A DNA stretch of 52,297 nt from an uncultured Dehalococcoidales bacterium (GCA_964649185.1 CAZYOO010000004.1:1-52297), one strand, 5' to 3'; shown: positions 19,261 to 29,410, numbered from the stretch's first letter. Notes: generated from the sequence alone by a model not told the origin. Program-made: numbers and translations.

Positions 19261-20676
19261 ATGACGTCACTCGAGTATATATTCCACCCCCGCTCCATAG
19301 CGCTGGTCGGTGCGAGCGATAACGCCTTCAACCCGGCCACCATCATGTTCCTGGAGCCGCTGAAGAAGTTCGGGTATACGGGCGATATATTCCCGGTCAA
19401 CCCCAACGCCTCCACGGTGTCCGGCCTGACCGCCTACCCCACGGTCAGGGACATCCCCGGGCCGGTGGACCACGTCATCTGCGCCATTCCTGCATCTTCG
19501 ACACGCCAGCTGCTGGAGGACTGCATCGCCAAGGGGGTGAAGGTATTCCACATGTATACCTCCGGCTTTTCCGAGATCGGCGTCCACGACATGGGCAGGC
19601 TGCAGGACGAGCTGGTCCAGATCGCCCGAAAGGGCGGCATCCGCATCATCGGCCCCAACTGCATGGGCCTCTACTACCCCAAGCTGGGCATCTCCTTCTG
19701 CCCCACCTTCCCCGAGGAGTCGGGTTCGGTGGGCCTCATCGCCCAGAGCGGGAGCTACTCCCTGCTGGTCACCATCGGCGCGGCCAGCCGGGGGGTGCGC
19801 TTCAGCAAGGTGGTAAGCTACGGTAACGCCAGCGACATCAATGAATGCGATCTGCTGGAGTATCTGGCCGATGACCCGGAGACCGACATCATCGCCGGTT
19901 ATATCGAGGGGACCAGCGACGGTCACCGCCTGAAAAAGGTGCTGGCCGAAGCAGCGGGGAAGAAACCGGTGATCCTGGTCAAGAAGGGGGGCACCGCTGC
20001 CGGCACCCGCGGCGCCAGCTCCCACACCGGGGCGCTGGCCGGCGACGACAAGGTGTGGGACGCACTGATACGGCAATCCGGCGCGATCCGCGTCCCCGAC
20101 CTGGAGCAGATGATCGACCTGCTGGTGACCTTCCAGTTCATGCCGCTGCCCCAAGGTAAGGACGCCGTGGTTATCGGCATCGGCGGCGGCCCCAGCGTGC
20201 GTGCCGCCGATGACTGCGAGCGAGGCGGGCTAAAGCTCCCGCCGATCCCCGAAGATATGGTAGCCGAGCTCAGGCGCTATGCGCCCACCGCCGGCAGCAT
20301 GCTGCGTAATCCGGTGGACGTGGGCAAGATGCATATAGACTGGGATCCCGTCATCAAAACCTTCACCGACTGGGGCCAGACCGATATGTTCATCTGGCAG
20401 ATCGCCCCCGACATCGAGCCGTTCGAAGAAAACAGCTTCATAAGGCAGTTCTGCATCGACCAGCGAGCCCGCTTCCTGCAGGAGTTCATCAAGTCGGGCA
20501 AACCCCTCGCCGTGGCGGTTCACACGGCGGAGAGCCGCTTCGCCCTCAGCATCCTGGACATCACCCGCAATGAATGCGTGAAGCATAAGGTGCCTTTCTA
20601 CACCTCCGTTTACAGCGCGGCGCGGGCCATCAGCCAGTTCATAGACTGGAACCGGCGCCACAGCGGGCTGCCGTAG
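19261..20676 (+). CDS. NDP-forming acyl-CoA synthetase, alpha-type subunit (CoA-binding + ligase-CoA domains)
   Basis: 'PRSIALVGASDN' CoA-binding start, 'IIGPNCMG' and an 'ASSHTGALAG' phosphohistidine loop. Start is at ATG 19261; the ORF opens earlier inside the preceding gene. Confidence 0.8.
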   Translation: MTSLEYIFHPRSIALVGASDNAFNPATIMFLEPLKKFGYTGDIFPVNPNASTVSGLTAYPTVRDIPGPVDHVICAIPASSTRQLLEDCIAKGVKVFHMYTSGFSEIGVHDMGRLQDELVQIARKGGIRIIGPNCMGLYYPKLGISFCPTFPEESGSVGLIAQSGSYSLLVTIGAASRGVRFSKVVSYGNASDINECDLLEYLADDPETDIIAGYIEGTSDGHRLKKVLAEAAGKKPVILVKKGGTAAGTRGASSHTGALAGDDKVWDALIRQSGAIRVPDLEQMIDLLVTFQFMPLPQGKDAVVIGIGGGPSVRAADDCERGGLKLPPIPEDMVAELRRYAPTAGSMLRNPVDVGKMHIDWDPVIKTFTDWGQTDMFIWQIAPDIEPFEENSFIRQFCIDQRARFLQEFIKSGKPLAVAVHTAESRFALSILDITRNECVKHKVPFYTSVYSAARAISQFIDWNRRHSGLP

Positions 20677-20804
20677 TGCCGCCAAATCGGCATCGATACG
20701 ATGCCATCGAAGGGCATAGCGCCTTTCCATAGCCATTCAATTGCCCTATAATAAGCACCGTCGGATAGCGAGCGCAACGACCGGCTTTTTCAGGAGAACC
20801 GCAT

Positions 20805-21437
20805 ATGACAGCAGACATCAGCGCATCGATTGTAGAGCTTGACCGTGAAGCGGCCCTTGCCACCGTGAAAGAGCGGGCGGTAGGCGGCGCCGACCCCGTG
20901 CTGCTACTCGACGAGTGCCGCCGGGGGATGACCATCGTCGGCGAGAGGTTCCAGGCAGGCGACTACTTCCTCGCCGAGTTGATGCTGTCCGCCGAGATCT
21001 TCAAGGGAGCGGTATCTATCCTTGAGCCCTTCCTATCACGAGCGCGACCGACGAAACCCCTCGGTACAATCGTGCTCGCCACCCTGAAAGGTGACATCCA
21101 CGACCTGGGCAAGAACATCTTCGCTACCCTGCTCAAGTCTCAGGGCTTCGCCGTCCACGATCTCGGCGTGGATGCCGATCCGGCCATGGTTGTAGATAAG
21201 GTGAGAGAGATGTCCCCCGACTTCGTCGGCTTCTCCGCTCTGATCACCAGCACCTTCGACAGCATGAAACAGGCCTCGGAGCTGCTCCGTGAGGCCGGCC
21301 TCAGGGAGCGATTCAAGCTCATGATCGGCGGCGGGGTCACCACCCCCATGGTCAGGGACTATGTGGGGGCCGATTTCCAGACCACCGACGCCACCGAGGG
21401 CGTCTCCTACTGCATCAACGTCATCGGAGGCAAATGA
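20805..21437 (+). CDS. cobalamin-binding corrinoid protein (MtaC/MtbC-like methyltransferase cognate protein)
   Basis: N-terminal helical cap plus a Rossmann domain with the 'GDIHDLGKN' (DxHxxG), 'SALIT' (SxL) and 'MIGGG' motifs. Confidence 0.9.
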   Translation: MTADISASIVELDREAALATVKERAVGGADPVLLLDECRRGMTIVGERFQAGDYFLAELMLSAEIFKGAVSILEPFLSRARPTKPLGTIVLATLKGDIHDLGKNIFATLLKSQGFAVHDLGVDADPAMVVDKVREMSPDFVGFSALITSTFDSMKQASELLREAGLRERFKLMIGGGVTTPMVRDYVGADFQTTDATEGVSYCINVIGGK

Positions 21438-21438
21438 T

Positions 21439-22596
21439 ATGGCTGTCGAGACCATGTCCTCCGCGGAGCGGGTGAGTGCCGCGGTCCGGCTTGAAAAGCC
21501 CGACCGCGTACCCATCGCCATCCTGGCCACCGCCGCCCCCTTCGCCACCATCGCCGGCATCAGCAATGCCGAATTCTACGCCGATCCCCGGCGGGCGAAC
21601 GAGATAATATTTCAGGTGTTCGACGAATTCGGCGGCTGGGACCTGGACCTAGGCAGCCTGGTAGGCAACGACACCTCCATGACCAAGACGGTCATGTCGC
21701 TGGCCCTCGGCCTGAAGCTCAAATACCCCGGCCTGGACCTGCCCGACGACTATCCCTATCAGGCGTTCGAGGATGAGGTGCTGAAACCCGAGGACTACGA
21801 CACCATCGCCGATATAGGATGGGTCAAGTTCATGACCGATGATTTCATCTTCCGCATCCTCGATATCACGCCGACGAAACTCAACGACACCCTGACCGCC
21901 ATGATCCCCATCTTCTTCAAAGGCAAGGCGGACTGGGCCCAGCGCGGAGTGGTCACCATGTACCCGCCCTCACCCTTCACCTGCCACCCCTTCTTCAGGC
22001 TTTCCCTGGGCCGCTCAATGGTCAGGTTCACCGAGGATCTCTACTACCACCCCGATATGGTGGAGCGGGCGCTGAAGACCATGACCCGCGAGTTCATCGA
22101 TACCACCATTAACGGCAGCAAGATGTTCGGCAACGACATCACGCTGCTGGTCGAGGAGCGTGCCGGCGGCTTCTTCTATCCCCCCAGGATATTCGAGCGC
22201 TTCTGGTGGCCTTATACTAAGGAGATTGTCGATGCCCTGTGGTCAGAGGGGATCGTCACCTGGTTCCACCTGGATACCAGCTGGGACAAGAATATCCCCT
22301 ATTTCAAACAGCTGCCGCGCGGCTCGGCGGTGCTGGCCCTGGACGGCACCAGCGACATCTTCGCCGCCAAGGAGGTGCTGCGCGACCACCTGTGCCTCAG
22401 CGGCGATGTGCAGGCCTCCCTGCTGTCGCTGGGGAAGCCGGAAGAGGTGCAGGCCTACTGCCGGAAGCTCATCGACGAGGTCGGCGGGGATGGCGGGTTC
22501 TTCCTCTCATCCGGCTGCGAACTGCCCGCCGCCATCAAGCCGGAGAACCTGCGGGCGATGCTGCACACCGGCAAGACCTACGAGCTATCCAGGTAA
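21439..22596 (+). CDS. uroporphyrinogen-decarboxylase (URO-D) family methyltransferase (MtaA/O-demethylase MT-I-like)
   Basis: 'SSAERVSAAVRLEKPDRVPI' is a typical MtaA/URO-D-family N-terminus, and 'FFLSSGCELP' lies near the C-terminus. ATG 21439 starts 1 nt after the corrinoid-protein stop. Confidence 0.8.
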   Translation: MAVETMSSAERVSAAVRLEKPDRVPIAILATAAPFATIAGISNAEFYADPRRANEIIFQVFDEFGGWDLDLGSLVGNDTSMTKTVMSLALGLKLKYPGLDLPDDYPYQAFEDEVLKPEDYDTIADIGWVKFMTDDFIFRILDITPTKLNDTLTAMIPIFFKGKADWAQRGVVTMYPPSPFTCHPFFRLSLGRSMVRFTEDLYYHPDMVERALKTMTREFIDTTINGSKMFGNDITLLVEERAGGFFYPPRIFERFWWPYTKEIVDALWSEGIVTWFHLDTSWDKNIPYFKQLPRGSAVLALDGTSDIFAAKEVLRDHLCLSGDVQASLLSLGKPEEVQAYCRKLIDEVGGDGGFFLSSGCELPAAIKPENLRAMLHTGKTYELSR

Positions 22597-22598
22597 CG

Positions 22599-24233
22599 AT
22601 GCGATATACGGTCGATTTCCAGCCCATAGGGCGCCGCGGCCAGTGCCCCGCCGACGAATCGCTATTGGAGGCGGCGCACCGGCTGGGGGTTGAGCTGGTG
22701 AGTTTGTGCGGCGGCAAGGGCACCTGTACTCGCTGCAAGGTGCAGGTAGTCGATGGCGAAGTGTCACCGCCGACCAAAGGTGAGGAAGAAGCGCTATCAC
22801 CCCAAGAACTGAAGGACGGCTACCGCCTCGCCTGCCAGACATACCCCCGCAGCGACTGCAGGCTGCACGTGCCCTCCGCATCGCTGACCGCCCCGCAGCG
22901 CACCCAGGTGGACGGGCTGGAGGTCCCCGTCACCCCCGACCCGCCGGTGTTCCATGACCATCCCGAGCTTCTGACACAATCCCGCAACGACCGCCGTCTC
23001 GGGATGGCCCTCGATGTCGGCACCACCAAGCTGGCCGCATACATCGTCGACCTGGACAGCGGCCGTACTATCGCCTCCAGCGGCGGGATGAACCCCCAGA
23101 TTTCCCACGGTGAGGACGTCATCGCCCGACTGGTGTATGCCCGGGAGTCGCCGGCGCATGCGCAGAGGCTGCACGATACAGTGGTAGAGGCTCTCAACGG
23201 CTTAGCCACCGAGGCCTGTGCCGACATAGGAGCCGAACCGCAGGAGGTACTGGAGGCGGTGGCGGTGGGCAACACCGCCATGCACCACCTGCTGCTGAAT
23301 CTGCCCATCGAGCGCCTGGCGGTGTCCCCCTTTACCCCGGCTGTCGAGGAAGCGATGGACGTGCCAGCCGCCGATATCGGCCTGCGCATCGCCCCCGGCG
23401 CCTATCTGCACACGCTGCCCAACATCGCCGGCTTCGTCGGCGCCGACCACGTTGCCATGCTGCTGGCCACCGGGGTTACACGATCGACACATACCGCGCT
23501 GGCGCTGGACATCGGTACCAACACCGAGGTCTCGCTGGTGAAGGACAACAGGGCATCCTGCGTCTCGTGCGCCTCCGGCCCCGCATTCGAAGGGGCCCAT
23601 ATCAAGTTCGGCATGCGGGCGGCGCCCGGCGCTATCGAGCGCCTGGAGATCGACGGGGACGCGGTCCGTTACCAGACCATCGGCGGCGCTGCCCCCGCCG
23701 GCATATGCGGCTCCGGCATACTGGATGCCCTGTCCCAGCTGTATCGAAACGGCATCGTCAACAGCAGGGGCAGGATGGGCGAATACACCCGGGTGCGAGA
23801 TGCCGACGGCCAGCGAGAGTTCGTGCTGGTCAACGAGGAGGAACGCGGAGGCCAGCCAGCGATAACGATAACCCAGGGCGACGTGCGTCAGCTTCAGCTG
23901 GCCAAGGGGGCCATACGTACCGGCATCGATGTCCTGCTGCGGTCGGCAGGCTGCGCCGATGCGGAACTGGATGAAGTGGTCATCGCCGGGGCCTTCGGAA
24001 GCTACATCGACATCGACAGCGCGACGCTGATCGGGATGCTGCCGCCGCTGCCCGCGGACAGGTTCCGCCAGGTAGGAAACGCCGCCGGCACCGGGGCCCG
24101 CCTGGCCCTGATCTCACGGGACAAGCGAAACGAGGCCGCTGCGATAGCCGATAGTGTTCGTTATGTAGAGCTGAGCACCTATCCCGACTTCATGAAGGCC
24201 TTCGTTCATGCGACGCGCATCGGACAGGATTAA
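22599..24233 (+). CDS. corrinoid reductive activase (RACo/RamA-like; 2Fe-2S ferredoxin + ASKHA ATPase domain)
   Basis: N-terminal 'CGGKGTCTRCKV...ACQT' plant-type 2Fe-2S motif. The C-terminal sugar-kinase/actin-like ATPase has 'LALDIGTNTE' and 'ICGSGILD'. ATG 22599 is 2 nt after the methyltransferase stop. Confidence 0.85.
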   Translation: MRYTVDFQPIGRRGQCPADESLLEAAHRLGVELVSLCGGKGTCTRCKVQVVDGEVSPPTKGEEEALSPQELKDGYRLACQTYPRSDCRLHVPSASLTAPQRTQVDGLEVPVTPDPPVFHDHPELLTQSRNDRRLGMALDVGTTKLAAYIVDLDSGRTIASSGGMNPQISHGEDVIARLVYARESPAHAQRLHDTVVEALNGLATEACADIGAEPQEVLEAVAVGNTAMHHLLLNLPIERLAVSPFTPAVEEAMDVPAADIGLRIAPGAYLHTLPNIAGFVGADHVAMLLATGVTRSTHTALALDIGTNTEVSLVKDNRASCVSCASGPAFEGAHIKFGMRAAPGAIERLEIDGDAVRYQTIGGAAPAGICGSGILDALSQLYRNGIVNSRGRMGEYTRVRDADGQREFVLVNEEERGGQPAITITQGDVRQLQLAKGAIRTGIDVLLRSAGCADAELDEVVIAGAFGSYIDIDSATLIGMLPPLPADRFRQVGNAAGTGARLALISRDKRNEAAAIADSVRYVELSTYPDFMKAFVHATRIGQD

Positions 24234-25639
24234 GCCCTCTCGAACTCCAATCGCAGAACCCGTTTGGTGGCATCGGTGACCTTCGCCCCCTCCGCAATGC
24301 GCCAGCCTACCACCCAGACGATGCCGTCGGGTGAGCACACCAGCGGAATGCGGCCGCGCCACGAACGGGGAATCCTGGCATCCACCATGAAATCCTGCAG
24401 GCTCTTGCTCCCCTCCATGCCCAGCGGGCGGAAACGGTCGCCGGGCTTCCTGGCACGGACGCTCAGATCCCTTCCAACGGCATCCAGATCGAGATGCGCC
24501 ACATAGCCCCCCGCTTTGCCGTCGGCCGATGCGGCGAGGCTGGCTCTTATCCGCCATCCGAGGATCGCCGTTTCGCCGGGGACAGCGATCCTATACTGAT
24601 GCTCGATGGTGTGGAAAGGACAAGCCTCGGCGGCACCGCTGGAAAGCAGGCAGTCCCGGTACCCCACAGAGAATGAAAGCCCGCGTGGCAGGACGATCCT
24701 TCTGCCGGCCGGCGCGGATAGCGCCTGCACTATCTTATCGATATGCACCGCCTGAACGTCTACCAGATCGCCCAGGACCGCCGCGATGGCCCGCCGCAGT
24801 AGATGTCGCTGCACTGCCGGGTGGCAACCCGACAGCTCTTCGGAATCGATCAGCAGTCCGTTGGGCTGCACCGTGACCACGCTGTCCCATATCCCGGACA
24901 CCTCATCGTCTATGAACGATACCGCGCCAGCGGCGGCGTCGGCGGTGCGCAATAGTGCCGCATCCACGTTCCTGTTGTAACGTTTCAGTGCCGGCACAAG
25001 CTCGTGCCGCACCCGGTTCCGCGTATGGTCGAGTGAAAAATTGGAAATATCGATGCGGGGATTCAAATCGAACTCGCGGCAGTACCCCTCCGTCTGCTCC
25101 CTGCTGACCTCCAGCAGCGGCCTAATCACCTCCAACCGGTTGCCGCCGGCCGTGCGTAACGAGGTAATCGGCATCATCCCCCTCAACCCCGTCAGCCCCG
25201 TGCCCCGCAGCAGGTTCATAAGGATGGTCTCAACCTGGTCGTCACGAGTGTGTCCTAAAGCGATACGCTCAGCGCCGACATCCCGCGCCACCCGGGCGAA
25301 GAAAGCGAAACGCACCTCCCTGGCCGCCTCCTCTATCGACAGCCGCCGCCCCTGCCGGTGAGCAGCCACATCCGCGCGCTCTACCGTGGCCGGGATGCTC
25401 AGACTCGACGCTAACCGCGAGACGTAGGCGGCGTCGCCATCGGAATCTGCCCCCCGCAGCATGTGATCGAGGTGCGCCACATGCAGGACTAACCCCATGC
25501 CTTCCCTGAGGTGATTCAGGAGGTGAAGCAGGCATACCGAGTCCGGCCCCCCGGATACGCCGATAAGCAGTGTCTCGCCGCTGACGATTAATCCGTTCTC
25601 CTGGATGAAGCGAAGCACACGCTGTTTAAGATCATCCAT
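24230..25639 (-). CDS. tilS: tRNA(Ile)-lysidine synthase
   Basis: 'VSGGPDSVCLLHLL' PP-loop and 'LGHTRDDQVETILMNLLRG', with a full-length C-terminal domain. Confidence 0.9.
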   Translation of the reverse strand: MDDLKQRVLRFIQENGLIVSGETLLIGVSGGPDSVCLLHLLNHLREGMGLVLHVAHLDHMLRGADSDGDAAYVSRLASSLSIPATVERADVAAHRQGRRLSIEEAAREVRFAFFARVARDVGAERIALGHTRDDQVETILMNLLRGTGLTGLRGMMPITSLRTAGGNRLEVIRPLLEVSREQTEGYCREFDLNPRIDISNFSLDHTRNRVRHELVPALKRYNRNVDAALLRTADAAAGAVSFIDDEVSGIWDSVVTVQPNGLLIDSEELSGCHPAVQRHLLRRAIAAVLGDLVDVQAVHIDKIVQALSAPAGRRIVLPRGLSFSVGYRDCLLSSGAAEACPFHTIEHQYRIAVPGETAILGWRIRASLAASADGKAGGYVAHLDLDAVGRDLSVRARKPGDRFRPLGMEGSKSLQDFMVDARIPRSWRGRIPLVCSPDGIVWVVGWRIAEGAKVTDATKRVLRLEFERA

Positions 25640-25667
25640 CTAGCGACCGCCGTCAGCGACTTGTCGA

Positions 25668-26276
25668 TTACATCTCCACCAAATGGCAGGTGTCATTGAA
25701 CCCGACAAGGGAGGTCACGCTCCCCTTGAAATCGAGCGTGTTAATTGAGGCCAGGCCGAGCCTCAGCCGCCTGAAATCCGCCAGCGGCATCCCCAGAACA
25801 GTGGTTAAGATGCTGAGGATGGTCAGCGTATGGCTCACCATTATCACCGTGCTGTCGGGGTGATCGCCGACGACCCTGGTCACCACCGACCATGCCCTTA
25901 GCTGCAGTTCGCCCATAGTCTCCCCACCCGGCATCCTCAGCGTGTCCGTCCCCCTTACCCATGCTTCCCAGAAGTCCCCGTAGCGCCGCACGACCTCCTC
26001 TATGGCGATTCCGTCGAGCTCCCCTGCATCCACCTCCTTCAACGCATCATCGATCACCACTTCCAGGCCGTGCCGTTCAGCGATTGCGCTGGCGGTCTCG
26101 ACGGCGCGCCTCAGGGGGCTGGAGTAAATCGCATCTATCTTTTCCTCCCCCAGCGCCCGCGCCAGCAGCGCCACCTGACGATGCCCGTCCGGGGTTAAAC
26201 CGATCTCGGTATGCCCCACGATACGGTTCTCCCGGTTCCACTGCGTCTCGCCGTGCCGAACCAGCATAAGTCTCAT
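25668..26276 (-). CDS. histidine phosphatase family protein (phosphoglycerate mutase / alpha-ribazole phosphatase-like)
   Basis: 'LVRHGETQWN' RHG motif and 'VSHTLTI' second His. Confidence 0.85.
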   Translation of the reverse strand: MRLMLVRHGETQWNRENRIVGHTEIGLTPDGHRQVALLARALGEEKIDAIYSSPLRRAVETASAIAERHGLEVVIDDALKEVDAGELDGIAIEEVVRRYGDFWEAWVRGTDTLRMPGGETMGELQLRAWSVVTRVVGDHPDSTVIMVSHTLTILSILTTVLGMPLADFRRLRLGLASINTLDFKGSVTSLVGFNDTCHLVEM

Positions 26277-26302
26277 AATACGTCAAACACTTAGAGGCGT
26301 GA

Positions 26303-26947
26303 TTAACCCGCCAATATCAATCGCGTGCGGTGGATCGATCTGGGCCTGCCGGTAAACCCCAGAGCCATGGTCACCTGCTCCGCCCGCCCCGTGGCCTCGC
26401 TGCCGGTGCGCAGACACATGCCTATCACGCACCCCGCCCCCCGCCACTCGACGAGCCACAGGCTGTCAACCAGAGCCCGCAGGTCATACTGCCGGACCTC
26501 GCCGTCCCGCCGGTGCTGCCAGGAGAAATGGTCATTACCCATAAATGATTCGATGGCCTGCCGCACATCAGCCTCGCTCTTGTCGGTCTCCAGCTCCACC
26601 CGGTACTCCGCCTGCCTCACCTGGGATTGCAGCGACGGCAGTTTGGGTGACACCTGGTCGACCCCGATTATGCCCATCCCGGCGGGCATCTGTTCCGATA
26701 CCGCCTTCATCAAGAAATACGGGGATATCGTCTTGCGCAGGAATAGATCCATCAGCTCCCCGTTGCTGGTCACGCCGATGGGCAGCGGGGCGGCGATGGA
26801 GATCTTGGGATGAGGGCTGAAGCCTTGGGAATAGGCGAGTGGGATATCAGCGCGGCGCAAAGCCCGCTCCCACAGCCTCATGATATCCAGATGGGACAGG
26901 TACTTGACCTCACCACCCCGCGAAAAGGTGACTCGCAGCCGCTGCAC
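26303..26947 (-). CDS. DUF2344 / radical-SAM-associated (TIGR03936-like) protein
   Basis: 'KYLSHLDIMRLWERALRRADIPLAYSQGFSPHPKIS' is characteristic of that family. No radical SAM partner is adjacent. Confidence 0.7.
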   Translation of the reverse strand: MQRLRVTFSRGGEVKYLSHLDIMRLWERALRRADIPLAYSQGFSPHPKISIAAPLPIGVTSNGELMDLFLRKTISPYFLMKAVSEQMPAGMGIIGVDQVSPKLPSLQSQVRQAEYRVELETDKSEADVRQAIESFMGNDHFSWQHRRDGEVRQYDLRALVDSLWLVEWRGAGCVIGMCLRTGSEATGRAEQVTMALGFTGRPRSIHRTRLILAG

Positions 26948-26948
26948 A

Positions 26949-28202
26949 TCACTCCTTGGTCACCAGTATCTTCTCGATCCTCTGCTCCCGCATCTGGGTA
27001 ATCGCTATCTTCAGGCTGCCGTATTTAATCTGCTCCCCCTCCTGCGGGATATGGCCCAGGAGATCCAACATAAAGCCGGCCACAGTGTCGTATTCACCGA
27101 GAGGAAGCTCAAGCCCCAGTTCCTCATTGGCTTCGTCCACCCGCATACCGCCGTCTATCTGAACCGTCTTATCGTCGATGACCTCGAAATCCTTATCCAC
27201 CTGAACCAGCTCATCGCCCATCTCACCCACGATCTCGCTCGCCAGCTGCTCCAGAGTAACGATGCCTGTTAAAACACCGTACTCGTCGACAACCATCACC
27301 ATATTGTAACCGTCGGACTGCATCTCGGTGAAGAGCTGGGCGATCCGTTTAGTCTCGGGGACGAATGTCGCCGGCCGCACCAGATCGTCGATCGCGCCAT
27401 TCTTCTCCAGGTTGCCCTGGGCCTGCGCCATCAGCACATCCTTTATCGACAGCACCCCTATCACATTATCGACGTTCTCGCGGTAGACCGGGAACCGCGT
27501 GTGAGGGTGGTCCGCATATATGCCTAGGAAATCAGCTAGCTTGGTGCCCTGCTCCATCCAGATGACCTCCGGGCGCGGTGTCATCACCGTACGCACCGTT
27601 CTATCCCCGAACACGAACACTTTGCACAACAACTGGGCTTCCGACTCCTCCACCGTTCCCTCGTCCCTGCCCACAGAGATCATGCTGCGTATCTCCTCCT
27701 CGCTCACCAGGGTTTGAGGCATCTTGTCCCTGCCGCCGGCGATCCTGGTCCCCAACCAGCTCAAAGCGCTGGCGATGGGGGAAAAGATTAAACTGATAAC
27801 CTGAAGCGGATACACGTATATCAGGGCCATCTTCTCGCTATGCCTCAGTGCTATCGTCTTCGGCGTCACCTCGGCGAAGATCAGCAGGATGATAGTGACC
27901 ACAATGGTAGCTATCAGGATGCCCAGATCCCCTTCCCATATCGTCACCGCCAACGCCGTGCCCACTGAAGCAGCGGCGACATTGACCAGATTGTTGCCCA
28001 GCAGGATTGTGGCGAGGAGCTTCTCGGGGCGCTCCATGATCTTTTCGACCCTGCTCGCCCCGTGCACGCCGTTCTCCACCAGATGCCGCAACCGTGTCTT
28101 GGACAAGCCGACGAAGGCGGTTTCCGCGCTCGAGAAGAAAGCAGAGGCCCCGACACAGAGGAAAAGAAGTACCAAGTATACAGTACTAGTGCCATCCATC
28201 AA
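26949..28202 (-). CDS. CNNM/CorC-type hemolysin family protein (DUF21-CBS pair-CorC_HlyC)
   Basis: N-terminal TM helices ('VYLVLLFLCVGASAFFSSAETA'), a CBS pair and a CorC_HlyC tail ('VDEANEELGLELP...DTVAGF'). Confidence 0.9.
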   Translation of the reverse strand: MMDGTSTVYLVLLFLCVGASAFFSSAETAFVGLSKTRLRHLVENGVHGASRVEKIMERPEKLLATILLGNNLVNVAAASVGTALAVTIWEGDLGILIATIVVTIILLIFAEVTPKTIALRHSEKMALIYVYPLQVISLIFSPIASALSWLGTRIAGGRDKMPQTLVSEEEIRSMISVGRDEGTVEESEAQLLCKVFVFGDRTVRTVMTPRPEVIWMEQGTKLADFLGIYADHPHTRFPVYRENVDNVIGVLSIKDVLMAQAQGNLEKNGAIDDLVRPATFVPETKRIAQLFTEMQSDGYNMVMVVDEYGVLTGIVTLEQLASEIVGEMGDELVQVDKDFEVIDDKTVQIDGGMRVDEANEELGLELPLGEYDTVAGFMLDLLGHIPQEGEQIKYGSLKIAITQMREQRIEKILVTKE

Positions 28203-28341
28203 CGGCTCCCCCCTGTTTCGTCATCCCTCAAGATCGCTGTCCCCTCCAATAATATCATCGGCTATGGATACTGTCAAAAGGCCTGCCGATTTTCAGCTTC
28301 GTTTCGAGGCACTATAGAAGCGGCGAAGGCCGATGTAACGA

Positions 28342-28371
28342 TTTACACCACCCATCGACATTTGCTATATT
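28342..28371 (+). promoter_or_regulatory. candidate tsaD promoter, near-leaderless
   Basis: TTTACA (28342-28347), 18-nt spacer, TATATT (28366-28371). Only 13 nt separate the -10 from ATG 28385, and no SD is visible. Confidence 0.35.
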
Positions 28372-28384
28372 TAATCGGGCTCAA

Positions 28385-29410
28385 ATGCTAATACTGGGTA
28401 TCGAGACTTCCTGCGACGAAACGGCGGCGGCCGTGGTTCGTGATGGGCGGGAGATCCGCTCCAATATCGTCGCTTCACAGGTGGATATCCATTCCCGCTA
28501 CGGTGGCATCGTCCCCGAGGTGGCCTCCCGGCAGCACCTGCTCACCATTGTCCCCATCATCACTGAAGCCATGTCCCGTGCCGGCGCGCGCTGGAACGAC
28601 CTGGATGCCATTGCGGTCACCTGCGGGCCCGGCCTCGCCGGCTCCCTCCTCGTCGGGGTCAACACCGCCAAGGCGATCGCCCTGTCTCACCGCCTGCCGA
28701 TCATCGGGGTCAACCACATCGAGGGGCATATCTATGCCAACTGGCTGGAGGGAAGGTCTCCGCAATTCCCCGCGCTGTGCCTCATCGTATCCGGCGGGCA
28801 CAGCGACCTGCTGCTGATGCGTGGGCACGGGGATTATCAACTGCTTGGCAGAACGCGGGATGACGCCGCCGGTGAGGCCTTCGATAAGGTGGCCCGCATA
28901 CTGGGTCTGGGCTACCCCGGCGGTCCCGCCATAGAGCAGGCTTCCCGTCAAGGCTCCGGCATTCACCATACGCTGCCCCGCGCCTGGCTTAAAGGCTGCG
29001 ACGATTTCAGCTTCAGCGGGCTGAAGACCGCATCGCTGCGCCTCATAACTGAAATGGACCTGGCAGGCCGCGAGGAAATCGGCCGTACCGGGGGCGCATG
29101 CACCAAAAGCGATATCGCCGCCAGCTTCCAGGAGGCGGTGGTCGATGTTCTGGTCACTAAAACCGTATCGGCAGCCAGAAGGCTGCAAGCCCGCAACATC
29201 CTGCTGTGCGGCGGCGTGGCTGCCAACAGCGCTCTGCGGTCGGAATTAACCCGGCGTTCGCCCATACCCACGCTCATCCCCGGCCCCGCCCTCTGCACCG
29301 ACAACGCCGCCATGATAGCATCCTGCTCCTATTTCCATCTTACCTCCGGGAATCACTCGGACTGGAACCTCGATGTCAGCCCCAGCCTCAGATTGACTCA
29401 ATCTGCCTGA
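28385..29410 (+). CDS. tsaD: tRNA N6-adenosine threonylcarbamoyltransferase
   Basis: '[16 protein letters not shown]', 'GVNHIEGHI' and 'VSGGHS' motifs. Confidence 0.95.
   Translation: MLILGIETSCDETAAAVVRDGREIRSNIVASQVDIHSRYGGIVPEVASRQHLLTIVPIITEAMSRAGARWNDLDAIAVTCGPGLAGSLLVGVNTAKAIALSHRLPIIGVNHIEGHIYANWLEGRSPQFPALCLIVSGGHSDLLLMRGHGDYQLLGRTRDDAAGEAFDKVARILGLGYPGGPAIEQASRQGSGIHHTLPRAWLKGCDDFSFSGLKTASLRLITEMDLAGREEIGRTGGACTKSDIAASFQEAVVDVLVTKTVSAARRLQARNILLCGGVAANSALRSELTRRSPIPTLIPGPALCTDNAAMIASCSYFHLTSGNHSDWNLDVSPSLRLTQSA

Noticed and set aside
20677-20804. Possible cobalamin riboswitch ahead of the corrinoid protein gene
   Set aside because: The spacer is only 128 nt. It contains a small GGCATCG-ATA-CGATGCC hairpin and a TATAAT box but no recognisable B12-box core.
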